Made by a program: the position numbers and the translations under genes
NCBI GenBank assembly: GCA_002269645.1
Contig: NIVC01001392.1
Span: 1-64,000, forward strand
DNA length: 64,000 nt
From: Macrostomum lignano
Taxonomy: Eukaryota
Reading direction: 5' to 3'
In this document: piece after piece, positions 50,802-62,624 of the stretch
Layout of the letters: each line of letters begins with the position of its first letter
Position numbering within the stretch: position 1 is the stretch's first letter
Notes under the pieces: model-generated
What the model was told of the DNA's origin: nothing
Databases searched by the model: none
The model's input: only the letters and a program-made list of their open reading frames with translations

Positions 50802-51593
50802 GAGGGACTAGAATAGATCACAGATATAAAATGAACTTCTACTATATCAGTATTAGTATTACTAGAACTGAAACCTTTATAAAATTTAAACAAGTCTATT
50901 ACATTAGTAAGGGAATTTAGTGAGATTTTAAAAGTTTTTTTGTATTTTTTATTTCATTTGATAAATCTCACTTGCCTGAGTAAAAATACACTTTACTACT
51001 GTTACTGTTACAGGTGTAATTGTGCCTAGTTACTAATGCCACCAAGTTGTACTAGGGCAAAACTTCTCTCTATTAAGACTCCACTAAATTGTACAAAGTT
51101 TATTATTTCTAACCCTAGGACTAGGAATCCTATTAATTATACCTATATATAGGCCTACGTATATGGGCTACTGTCAGTACAAGTGGTTTCAGTCCATTTC
51201 GGCGAAAGCCCACTTCGGCGAAGGCCACTTCGGCGAAAGACAATTTCGGAGAATCCACTTCGGCGAATGCAATGACCACTTTGGCGAACGATATAATATA
51301 GTATATTTAACTTTATATAATTAAATTTTAATAGTATTTAATGACTACAACTAAAAATTAAGTGCTCAAAATTACTACAACTGCAAATTTTGTTTTACTT
51401 TCTCATCCCAGAATACTTAGTGAGTCAGCTCATATGTTCAAATTTATATTCCCTAATTCATATTGAATTTCAATTGTATTCCATAATCTTATATTTAGCT
51501 CATCCGTAAGATACTATAGGCAATGGCTAGAGTTCATGTCAAGATAGTAGGTATATATAACGTAAGAAAAAACAAACCATTGATCATCCTCAT

Positions 51594-51657
51594 GGCCCAT
51601 GATGAAAGCGTGGATGGTGTACAGCTGAACGAAGGGCTTGTTTACCACGTGGAAAGT
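51594..51657 (-). pseudogene. Remnant of the MULE catalytic domain
   Basis: The minus strand encodes TFHVVNKPFVQLYTIHAFIMG, matching the MULE DGTF....PF.QLYTIH motif. The DG residues are replaced by a (GACA)n microsatellite. Confidence 0.7.
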
Positions 51658-51691
51658 CTGTCTGTCTGTCTGTCTGTCTGTCTGCGTACAA

Positions 51692-51729
<38 letters not shown>

Positions 51730-52001
51730 CAGAGATAAATGAGAAGAGATACCTCGTAAGAGAGAGAGAATAAAAAAGAGAGAAGAGATATAAGAGACGA
51801 AAGAAAAGGGTGCAGAGAGGAAGAGAGTGGAGAGAGGAGAGGAAAGAGTTGAGAGAAGAGAGTAGAGAGAAATGAAATGAGATAAAAGAGGAGAAAGGAA
51901 ATGAGAGAGCAGAGACGAGAGAAGAAGGGAGAGAGGGGAGAATAGAGAAGAAAGAAAACTATGGACTCTATTCCATGCCGGCCGCAGACAAATTCATACA
52001 T

Positions 52002-52157
52002 GCGCAACTTTGGGAATCACCCGGCCGTTTCTATTAGCAACACACACATGTAAGTCGCTATTGGCTGAGAGCAGTCACGTGACTACTATTCCTTCCAATA
52101 GCGACTTACATGTGTGTGTTGCCAATAGAAACGGCCGAGTGAATCCCAAGGTTGCGC
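52002..52157. repeat. 63-bp inverted repeat with a 30-nt loop (hairpin/MITE-like)
   Basis: Arms 52002-52064 and 52095-52157 pair with 4 mismatches. Confidence 0.9.
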
Positions 52158-52439
52158 CCAAGCATGCGGCCGCTCAACCAATGGAGAGTGGAGAAGGAAG
52201 AGAGAGAAGAGTGAGAAGAGAGAGAAAGAAAAATAAAAAGAGAAAAAATAGAGGAGAGAGAAGAGGGAAAAGAGAAAAGAGGAGAGAGGATAGTTCAGAG
52301 ATAAAAGAAAGATTAGAGAGGAGAGAGGATGGAGAATAAAAGGATCGAGAGGAGAGACGAGAGAGAGGAGAGTAAATAGAGTAGAGGTAAGAGAGAGAGA
52401 GGAGCGGAGAGAGTACAGAGAGGATAGGGTTTCTAGTAT

Positions 52440-53286
52440 AATAAAGTGCACGATAATATACCTGAAACTGCTGCAGCACATCAAGCGTCTTTTCCTTTGC
52501 AATCTGAACTGCAGATAGAAATGGATTCTTCTGTGCACGATCCACAATGCGGCGCTTCAACCGAGCTCGCTCCTCAGGCCTGTGGAGAGGCAAATGACAG
52601 TGCAGAACGGAACGTTTGCTGAAGGCTTCTCCGCGCTGCACAACTGTTGCATTGCAAGTTTGGTGTCCATTGCGAAGTGCACACCGCCAATAGATAGACT
52701 GACCTATTTTTTTGCTTTTTACAAACATGTACTGGCCATCAACGACAAGAATGTCGCGATTCTTGGTCGAGCCGCTAGACACAATTTGAAACTCTGGAGC
52801 ACGAGCGATATTCTCATTCTCGGTGTCAACCAAGCTCTCTTCCGGAGCCGTGGGCGACATGGCTACAGCTGGAGGCGGCAATGTGGGTGCCATGGCTACA
52901 GCTGAAGGCGGCGATGTGGGCGCCATGGCTGCAGGTAGAGGCGGCGATGTGGGTGCCATGGCTGCAGGTAGAGGCAGCGATGTGGGTGCCATGGCTGCAG
53001 GTAGAGGCGGCGATGTGGGTGCCATGGCTGCAGGTAGAGGTGGCGATGTGGGTGCCATGGCTGCAGGTAGAGGCGGCGATGTCGGTGCAGATGGCGCAGT
53101 CAGCAGCATGTTACAAGCTGAACACCTCCACTGGAACACATCCAGTGAGGCAAGTTGGCGGTACTCAGCTTGGGAAATGCCATTGCCGCAACATCTGTGT
53201 TGCCAACAAAGACAATGGTCGCATTCTAATGCTTGCTGTCATCCTGTCACAATATTTGCGCAGACAAGACAGTTATCCGCCATCAT
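52440..53286 (-). pseudogene. MULE transposase N-terminus: PHD finger + 11-aa repeat linker + FLYWCH zinc finger, with a premature stop
   Basis: ATG at 53286: MMADNCLVCANIVTG*QQALECDHCLCWQHRCC...EYRQL...WRCSAC (PHD pattern, TGA at 53241-53239). Then (MAPTSPPLPAA)n, then ILVVDGQYMFVKSKKIGQSIYWRCALRNGHQTCNATV...LHCH (FLYWCH). Confidence 0.82.
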
Positions 53287-53799
53287 GTAGTTGTCACTAT
53301 TCACGTAGCTAGGAAACAATTACTGTTCTTAGTTCTAAATCATTCCAAGACCGTACACAATACGCGTATATATATATGCCAAATCCTCCTCTACTATAGC
53401 TATCCTTCTTTCTAATGCATGGTACGTACATGAATGAGAAAATTTTCCTGCAAAGAAGCACGTAATTGTAGCAATCCTATGGTAAGGTAAAATTCTTGTG
53501 CAAAGAAGCACAAATGTACATTTCATTGCATGATTTCGTCAGGCCAAATTCCTTCGATAATAAGCCTGTGAGTCTAAGCCAATACAGCATGTTTAATTTT
53601 GCACATTTTTATGCGCTATATAGCACCCCACAGAGCAGGCCGAGCAGGCCGCGAAAAGGCTACATTTGATAGTCTTTTAATACGGTACGTCAATCAGCAC
53701 CTTCCCCAAAATGTGGCGATTATGTCACATAAAATCTCTTCGCTATTAGTTAAGGCACTTTGGCATATATAGGTTTTATTATATGTATTTGTGTACATG

Positions 53800-54009
53800 T
53801 ACACCTTTTCACGTTTAATTTTGATCAAAGTCCAGTTCTAAAAAAACTAGCGGAAGTTCAATTCAGACTGGGGATAATTTTGTCTATGGCTAAACATTGC
53901 TTCGGTGGCAGTATAAACAGAATTTTTTGAACTGGGGTTTGTTTTTATTGAATTTCCCCTAGTTTTTTTAGAACTGGACTTTGATCAAAATTGAACGTGA
54001 AAAGGTGTA
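53800..54009. mobile_element. TA-flanked MITE nested in the MULE
   Basis: Inverted arms of about 63 bp, TACACCTTTTCACGTT...GTTCAAT and ATTGAA...AACGTGAAAAGGTGTA, with about 3 mismatches and TA at both ends. Confidence 0.75.
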
Positions 54010-57000
54010 GTAGATCGCGATGAACTCAATATTACAAGAAGAGGAGATTAATTTCTCCGCTGGAAATAAACTCGTACTAGCATTCCGTTGTCTTGTTTTG
54101 ATACACTAATTTTTTGTTAAGTTTCACAGGCTTCGCCGAAGTGGTCATTTCATTCGCCGAAGTGGATTCTCCGAAATGGTCATTCGCCGAAGTGGCCTTC
54201 ACCGAAGTGGTCTTTCGCCGAAATGGTCAGCACCCGTACAAGTTACCCTGGTAGCTTCAGTGCCCAAGCAGCAAGACACTGCTGACTACTATACTTACTA
54301 ATTATTACTAATTTCTAAACTACTTAGTCCAAACATAGCGTTTCACTGACCAAGGGGTTTCTGGCTTTAATACTGTTTTTTCCAACTTAATACTGTATCA
54401 CACTTGTAATAGCCTAGATCTAGTCCTGGAGAATCCTCCCTTCTTACTAGGCAATCAACCCTTTTTACTCAGCAAAATGCTTGTTTGTCAATCCCTGCTT
54501 AACTACACTGGCAAAATGCCTTTTATATCCAACATGGTCTTTCTAAACTTACAATCTTATTTATATATAACTAATTAGGCCTAAGACAATAAAACCAGAG
54601 AAACCTTAGGCCTAATTTTGAAGTTACTGAGTATTGAACCCAACAAAGGAGTTAAAGAAAATGTTTAGTTTCTTGCCTTATATTTGTACTAAATGAAACC
54701 TCTCTATTGGCTTGTATTACATTTATTTAAACAACATTTAGTTAAAAAAAATTATTCGACTTGCTAAAACAAAAGTTACTACATTAAAACAAATATCATA
54801 TTAAAACAAAATATTTGTATAAATGTTATTTGGCAAGAATTTTACTTACAAAAATGTTAATATGTTTTTAGAACAAAATATGAGCCCTATTGCATAACTT
54901 TTTAAATTTGATCAAGTAATAAGAACTAAAAAGTAAAAAAAACTCTTGGTATCCTAATTTTTCATTATTTTTGTAATGTATTTTGCATTCTAGTTTTAGA
55001 ATTTAGGCACAATGATTATTTTTGCACATAATTGTGCTTTTTATTTCTTACAAAAATATTTACAAAATAAATAATGCAAGTAAAGCCTATAACTAGAATT
55101 GGCCTAGCCAAAAACTTGGCTTTATAATTATACTAGGGACACTAGCATAGCCCATAGTTTGGAAGGCAACATGTATACTAGGATTTCCTATAGTACAACA
55201 AGGGTAGGCCTGTTTGCCATTTTCAATGTATAGGCCCTATGCACCATAGGCCTACTCTAGTCTAGTCTCCAGATCATATTGTATGCATGCCAGAAAGTAT
55301 ACCAAAGAGTCTTTTGTTTGCACACCTATTGCATGCCATGCTTGCCTATTATATGCTATACACAACATTGACAATATTTAACAATAGGCCTACAAAAAAA
55401 GCAAAAAAATCATTCAAACACATTTCAAAAAATTCACAAAAACAATGCTTTAAAAAATTAACCATAGGCAAACCACCTACTCATATGCAAGTAGTGTGTT
55501 AATGTGAACCCTATTTTCAATTTTAAAATTATTAATCATATTGAGCACTATAATCAACTTTCAGCATTCCTTCAATTTACTATCACCCCAGTGACAATCA
55601 CTTTAAACAGTGATGATCACTACAAAAAACAGTTGTAAGACATAAAATCCATAGTTTCCAATAAAACAAAATCAAATGTTGGCGAACTGACTTTGTTTAT
55701 TTCAAAAGATGGTAAGATTGTTGTAGCACCTTATATTTTACCTTTGCTTTACAATCACCCAAACATATGTTGCCCATTGAAATGATCCCAAACCAAAGCT
55801 GGCAGTAGGAAAACCTATCAAACTAATTTCAATTGTCAAGTTGCAAGTTTGAGCTATAGTAGCCTATATATTTCACCTTTGGTTTACGATCACCCAAATG
55901 TATGTTGCCTATTAAAATGATCATAAACCAAAGCTGGCCATAAGAAAGTGTACTAAGGGTTGACATGCTTTCTTATAGCCAGCTTCGGTTCACAATCATT
56001 TCAATGGAGTGCATGTATAGAAGTGATTGTAATTGAAAGTAAGGGGGGTGTAGCACTAAAGATTAATTATACTAAGCTAGGGTTGACATCCTTTCCTACA
56101 GCTAGCTTCAGATGATCGGAAATAGATGTACAAATCTTTTCAATTTCAAATAAACAAAGTTAGTTGATCAGCCAACTTTTGCTTTCTTTCCATTTGAAAC
56201 TACCATTAGTTTTTATGTCTTAGTTTTGAACATGCCATTTTTGCACTGCAGTAAGCAAAATATAAGGTGATCATAAACCAAAACTGGAAAAATAGAAGGT
56301 AATTATAAACCAAAGGATTTCCAAACTTTCTATATTAGAAACTTTGCATAGGCCTATTAAAGACTGCAAACCCTCTTTTAACATTCAATTAGCAGGGAGA
56401 AACAGAGGCAGCAGTATGCACCTCAGAATTTTAAAAAGTTTTAGTTTTATTCACCATAAATATCCATAAATACTTGAAAAAGAAAATGTTTCTTATTAGC
56501 TTTGTCTTTCTAATCTTATTAAAGAAAAGTAGCCTGCCTCAATTCTACATTGCAGAAAAACTGCTAGATAAATTTTTCTAATTTTTGCATAACATTTCTG
56601 TTAGAATAGTCAAAGTTAGTCTCTTTTTATAACTTTTTTTTCAATTTTGACATGTTTTGATGATTTGCTAGAGTTGCTATCCATTGTAATAATAGGCCTA
56701 GCTAGGCCTATTTATAAAAGTTAAACTTAGACCTAAAATGCTTAGGGAAAATATCTAATTCTATAAAATACTATAAAAGTATGTCTAATTCTATAAAAAG
56801 TTGGGTTAAAAAAATGGTTTAATATTATATTGGCTTTAGATTTTATAATAACCTTTTGTTATAACTTATTTAGGTTATTATTGTTTAATTTTAAAAATAC
56901 AAAAGCATTTATTTTCTGACTTAACTATCATCATAGCAATTGTTATCATAATGCCCTATAGGAAAAAGTTGTACAACCGCGGACAGTGTCCAGTGCACTT

Positions 57001-58820
57001 TTGAAGTTTTTCTAGATGCACACTGCTCACTTTCTGCTAGCTGCTGCTCTAGCAAACAAATATACCTGGAAGGGGCCTAATATCTCTTTGGAAAGGGCCT
57101 ATACACTTATCATTTATAATGCTTAGAGATGTTCTAAGATTTTGATTTTGATTTTCCTAAATTCAGAATTTTTACAAGTGAATTACAATTTCAAAAAGTT
57201 AAAAATCAAAATTTTATATTGTAGCTAAAGAGAATAGCAAATCTATAGCTATAATAGCTTATTAACATTAGTTTAGCCTTATGTGGCACCTTGTCACATT
57301 GCACTATATCATCATTTTGGCTTTTAGTGAAGCCAAAAGTTCTAAAGTGATCCCAAATCTTCTAGGAAGCAACCTTAGGCTAGGAGTTATACTAGGTTAG
57401 TATTAAAGCCTTTTTTCAAATCACTTATTCTGCCTAGTTTTCCTATAGGAAACTATTTATTTGAGCTAGTGTAAAGCTATAGGCCATGAATAAATGTATT
57501 TGAAAAGCTTAGCCTTTAAAGGCTTTTATTGATAAGGATAGCAATCAATTTTAGATTTAGTTATATAGATTGAATCCTTATATTGAGGCAGGTTAATGAT
57601 GCAAAATGGGGCATAACCATTGAATCATATCTTTAGGAACAGTTATTTTGGCAAAGAAACTATGTTTTCAAAGTCATAAGCTTTAATCAACTTAGACTAT
57701 ATCTACATATACTAGAATAACTAGATGAACCACTTAGCAAATTTGCATGTAAGCTACTTTCAGTTCAGTAGTAAGTTAAACAGATTAATTTTAATGTAGT
57801 TTAAAGCCAAGGCTCATTTATTGGCTTTTATCCCCTAGCTTAAACCTTCTATCCATGCTTTTCTATACTGACCCTCTGCTATGCCCCAGTTTTTATTGCC
57901 TTTCTTAGAATTCCAGCCTAAAGCTGCCATGTACATTTAAATGGACTAGCTAATATACATTATTGCTGAACCAATTAGTAAGTTGTTTACACCTAAATAG
58001 TTAAGCTTCTAAACTTATCACAATCTTTTTAGTAGCTTTTTAATAAAATAGCTTATGTATTCTTTTTTTGCTACTGAACTAAAAGTAGAAAGGTGTTTTA
58101 TGAAGTATGTGTGCCTGAGTAGCCCATCTAGTTCTTTTAGTAGGCCTATCTAAGAGTATAATACAGATTTAGAAATTTAGCAAGGTCTTTCATTCTCTCC
58201 AGCTATCATATAGGCATGAATAGGCAAATGAAGCAATGACTAAGCTGTGTGCATAGAATACCCTTTCCTTCTCATATAGTAAAAATAAACACTTTGTATA
58301 GTAGGAGGTGGAGCAGGGTGAATGTTGTTTTCTAGGGAAGCAAAGCAACTAGAGAGGATTCTCTAGCTATTAAAATACTTAAATGTATGTCATTTTCTCT
58401 GAATGATTTTCTTAAATAAAAACATTGAATATTGACTTTTTGTCCAGTGATTTTTGATAAACTGATGGATGAAAAAGCATTTGACAAAATAACTAGCACC
58501 CTATATGCATGTATACCTAGCCAATCTAACCAGATTACAAGTTTGCAAAATTGCAAAACTGATCAATGCTTGTAAGGGGTACAAGCATATATACAGGAAA
58601 AATTATTTGTCTCAACTTTTTCTAAAGCTTCAAGATTATTTGATACAAAATACAAATGCGACAACCAAACTTGTTGTCTTGAATCCCACATCTCTGGTTT
58701 TTCTACTTAATATGTTTGTCAGTTAAAATTAATTATTAATATTTAATAGTAATGTTTCAACATTTTGTATTTAAGTTTTCATTTTTAGCATAACTGATTT
58801 AATCTTGCTGGATTCTGAAG

Positions 58821-59045
58821 CACAAGTCAGTGGTGAAGAAGCTTCAACCAAGATGAAGCAGGCTGCAGCTGGAGCTGGCGAGCAATCAGCTACAGAGAGC
58901 TACACTAGCGGCGGTGAGTGTTGATAAGCTTATTTCTATTTTATTGCCTATTATTTAGATTTTTATTTCCATGTGTGAATTTTTTGTCTTGTACTTTTTG
59001 ACCTAATTTCCATTTGTTTCTCTAGGCTCCTGTTATTTAATGCAA
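58821..59045 (+). other. Putative orphan exons 58821-58913 (93 nt) and 59026-59045 (20 nt)
   Basis: AG|...|GTGAGT and CTAG|...|GTAAGT boundaries, with a CTAAT branch motif and a pyrimidine tract before the second. The phases join in frame: QVSGEEASTKMKQAAAGAGEQSATESYTSG-GSCYLMQ. Confidence 0.45.
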
Positions 59046-60674
59046 GTAAGTTGGATACTTTGCATTTTTTTAGTTCTTCTTTCTCAATTCAATGCTTTTA
59101 TCCGTTTTTCATTCTCGCGCTGATTATTTAACCTTAATAAATACTACTAATTGAGCTACTCTTAGTAGCAAGCAGAATATTTTTTGCGTCTTTTTTGATG
59201 TTTTACAGATTATGTAATTATAATTATTCCGATTTTTATCGATTTATTTTACGACAAAGTCTTTAATTGCGTTTGTGATTTTCTTAAATCCATGCTGTTC
59301 GATTGCTTTAAAGCGCTTTAATTCCATCAATTGGTTAGACATGTTTGGATAGAGAATTAACTTGCTGTACGTGCCAGCCTGTCCAATGGCGCAGCAGCCA
59401 ATATCTGCATTGCCTGCAGGGTAGGTTTCTGTCCGCCACTACATATATCTCTGAACTAGAATCTTGAGTTTCCCTTCCTAAACTGTTTTCCGCGTAAAAA
59501 ACAGTCGAGATTTTGAAAGCTTCAAACGGCATTTTATTATCGAGGCAAGTTTATTTTTTTATTAATACATCATCGCGCATCTTCCGTTTCTTTTTCGATC
59601 CATTTTTTAGTTTCCTAGAGGTTAATTTTCACCGGGGGGTTGGGAGTTACAGTCGGCCCGCTTATCTGGTCATCAGCATTTCCTTATTTTGGATGCTTGA
59701 AACCATAAATTCATTTAGCCACTCTGTGCAGAATCGAACCCCCGGACTTTGATGCGAGGTCCGCCCCACCATCGAATTCGTTAAAACCGTCACCGTGATA
59801 CCGTGAAAAAGAATCGCTAAAATCATTGCAAACAACTCACTAGCAACTCGTGTGACTTCTTTAACCACTCAAACGACTGCAATGTGACGGAAAGGCGACT
59901 GTTGAGTCGCGAGCACATCACGTGAGTTGCAGAATCGTAGAAGAGTTGCGAAAAAGTCGCCGAAGATTCGTTGTGTTAGCGTTTAAATTGCTACAAAGTC
60001 AAGTAGACTAACTAAATAGAGTTGTTATGAATGCGAAGTGACGCAGACGCAACTCAGTGACTCTACGACGCTTGTTGGCCTTGTAGGTTCCGTTTTTATC
60101 GGGAAAACATTCAAAACACTGAATTGCTAAGCGCATTGACCCCAGTTGTTTAAAATTAGTCCATTATGCGTATGGATCAAGGCAAGCATTTTCGTTATTA
60201 TTAGCAAATTTCGGGTTTGTATAACTGCGTAGTTTAGAGAGCGCCTCTCTTTCTGGATGTTTTTTCTTCAAGCTTTGCAGCTTCAAATTTTGTTGTTCTG
60301 CATTATAAAAATTCAACTTTCTCAAGAATTGAATGTTAAGTTAAATGAAAACTGTACTTCTCCATGTAGCGTCCAACCTGTGTGGAAGTTAGAATTTTAT
60401 ATATGCTTGCCCGAGAAATCCAACAACCTCGCTTGCAGTGTGCACTTATGACTGCTGTTCTTGTTAATTATTAATTGAAACAGCTTGAGCTGATGCTTTC
60501 CAAGTTAATTATTGTAGCCCTAACTGTAATTAAAGCTGTGGGGCCCTCTGCTACCCTAATTCGTCTTTCTTAGAATTTCTTAGAGCATGGGTCGAGTCAA
60601 AATCTTTTCACTATGATTTCTGTGAAACTGGCTCCTATGCTTGTAATAATAATAATGATATAATATATTTGATT

Positions 60675-60933
60675 GCAGCTCAGCCGCAGCTATTGCGCGG
60701 CGCATCTGAAGGCTGCGTACGGCTGTTCAGTCCAAGGACTGGGGGGTTGCCACACACAGCCTCAATTACCCCCAGCTAATGCTGGCACCCATTTTACAGC
60801 TGGGTGAACTGAAGCAATGCAGAGTTAAGTGTCTTACTCAAGGACACAAATTATTTCGAGTGGGATTGGGAATCGAACCCCTGACCTTCCAGTCGTAAGT
60901 CCGACGCTCTGACCACTAGGCTACAAAACCCCC
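60675..60933 (-). mobile_element. tRNA-derived CORE-type SINE, copy 3 (most complete)
   Basis: The minus strand reads TAGCCTAGTGG...GGTTCGATTCCC (A and B boxes), then CCTTGAGTAAGACACTTAACTCTGCATTGCTTCAGTTCACCCAGCTGTAAAATGGG (CORE-like), the shared 3' body and an (ATT)n-like tail. Confidence 0.83.
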
Positions 60934-62003
60934 AAAGGAATTTCCATTGAATATTGGATTACATGCAGATGCAGATAGATGCAACACATTCGTTTTAAAC
61001 AAAGGCTAACAGGTTAATTCTGTTTCAAAAGTTAGCGTTATTTTCTAATAAAAACAAAAATTCTGAAATCTCTTAATGCAAGTTGGAAATGCTGATTTGC
61101 GAGCACGGCCTCACATTTTATCTTATCGCTGTGCTAGTTGTTGCCTCGTTGCTGGCGCATAAGCCTGGGAACCGCTTTAACTCTGACAATCTGCCTACTC
61201 TTGCTCCTTAGAGTTCAGAAATTTTTATATAAACTGTATAAACTTGTCAACTACTGAAACTTATACGGGGTTCTCGAGCTTCACTTAAATTTAACCTTTT
61301 CGTTCTTATCGCTAAGCGTCTGCGTACCCTAGTATAAATATGATGTATGCATTGTTTACTGCTTTAAGTAGGATCTATGAGACTTTCCCGCACGAAGGTC
61401 CCCACCCAAAAGGACACCTTAATCCCTCTTTTCCTGCTTGCGACCAGAGGATCACAAATATAAGAATGTATGAAATGTGTGTAAAAACTTTTACTAAAAG
61501 CTAAAAGCAGTGCAGCTTCTATAGATTTTCGAATAGATTTGTGAATCCCTGGTGTGTAAATAGGCAGATATTGACAAAGCTACTGGAAAATCTGTGTTCC
61601 CTTTACAGTAGGCTGTTGCGTTGTGCCTTGTAGACTATTGGCCCTTGGGTATGCACTTGTAATGGAATAATTAGCCATCCGCAACCCCCTCCCTTAATCT
61701 GTTTATAGAGTATTTTGGCCATTTGTGCGATTTCTTTTCGATCCATTGATTCCTTTGCTAGCATATAAGCCGTTCCTATTGATAGGCTTGCCTCTGGACT
61801 AGTCTCCGGAGTCCTCGATGCTTTAGTTTATGGCTACGAGCCAAACGAACAGAAAAAACCAACACGTACTCTGGAGAGTTCTCTGGAGAAGAGACTGCTA
61901 ACCTACGAGTATGCATATTTTGCGAAGAATACTGCTCTAATCAAATTGGATGGGTGCTGAACTGGGGGTTGGGGTTGACAATGTACTTATAACGTGCACG
62001 AGC

Positions 62004-62624
62004 AATCCCCCTTGATCCCTTGACCACCTGTGCATTCCCCCTTGTGATCCCTTGACCACCCGTACAATCCCCCTTGTGATCCCTTGACCACCTGTGCAAT
62101 CCCCCTTGATCCCTTGACCACCTGTGCATTCCCCCTTGTGATCCCTTGACCACCTGTGCATTCCCCTTGTGATCCCTTGACCACCCGTACAATCCCCTTG
62201 TGATCCCTTGACCACCCGTACAATCCCCTTGTGATCCCTTGACCACCCGTGCAATCTCCCTTGTGATCCCTTGACCACCCGTGCAATCCCCTTGTGATCC
62301 CTTGACCACCCGTGCAATCTCCCTTGTGATCCCTTGACCACCCGTACAATCCCCTTGTGATCCCTTGACCACCCGTGCAATCCCCTTGTGATCCCTTGAC
62401 CACCCGTGCAATCCCCCTTGTGATCCCTTGACCACCCGTGCAATCCCCCTTGTGATCCCTTGACCACCCGTGCTATCCCCCTTGATCCCTTGACCACCCG
62501 TGCTATCCCCCTTGATCCCTTGACCACCCATGCAATCCCCCTTGTGATCCCTTGACCACCCGTGCATTCCCCCTTGTGATCCCTTGACCACCCATGCAAT
62601 CCCCCTTGTGATCCCTTGACCACC
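62004..62624. repeat. 29-32 bp minisatellite (TCCCCCTTGTGATCCCTTGACCACCCGTGCAA)
   Basis: About 20 tandem copies; explains ORFs 61937-62654. Confidence 0.94.

Larger units (their letters stand above)
51185..54235 (-). mobile_element. Decayed Mutator-like (MULE) DNA transposon, ~3.05 kb
   Basis: Imperfect TIRs of about 105 bp (51185-~51288 and ~54132-54235) built from CACTTCGGCGAA subrepeats. Flanking 8-bp direct repeat GTACAAGT at 51177-51184 and 54236-54243. It contains internal PHD, FLYWCH and MULE-domain remnants. Confidence 0.85.

Noticed and set aside
53239-53241. TGA in the PHD finger as selenocysteine or readthrough
   Set aside because: The position is not a metal-ligand Cys, no SECIS is evident, and the element has other lesions. 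A CGA>TGA mutation is simpler.
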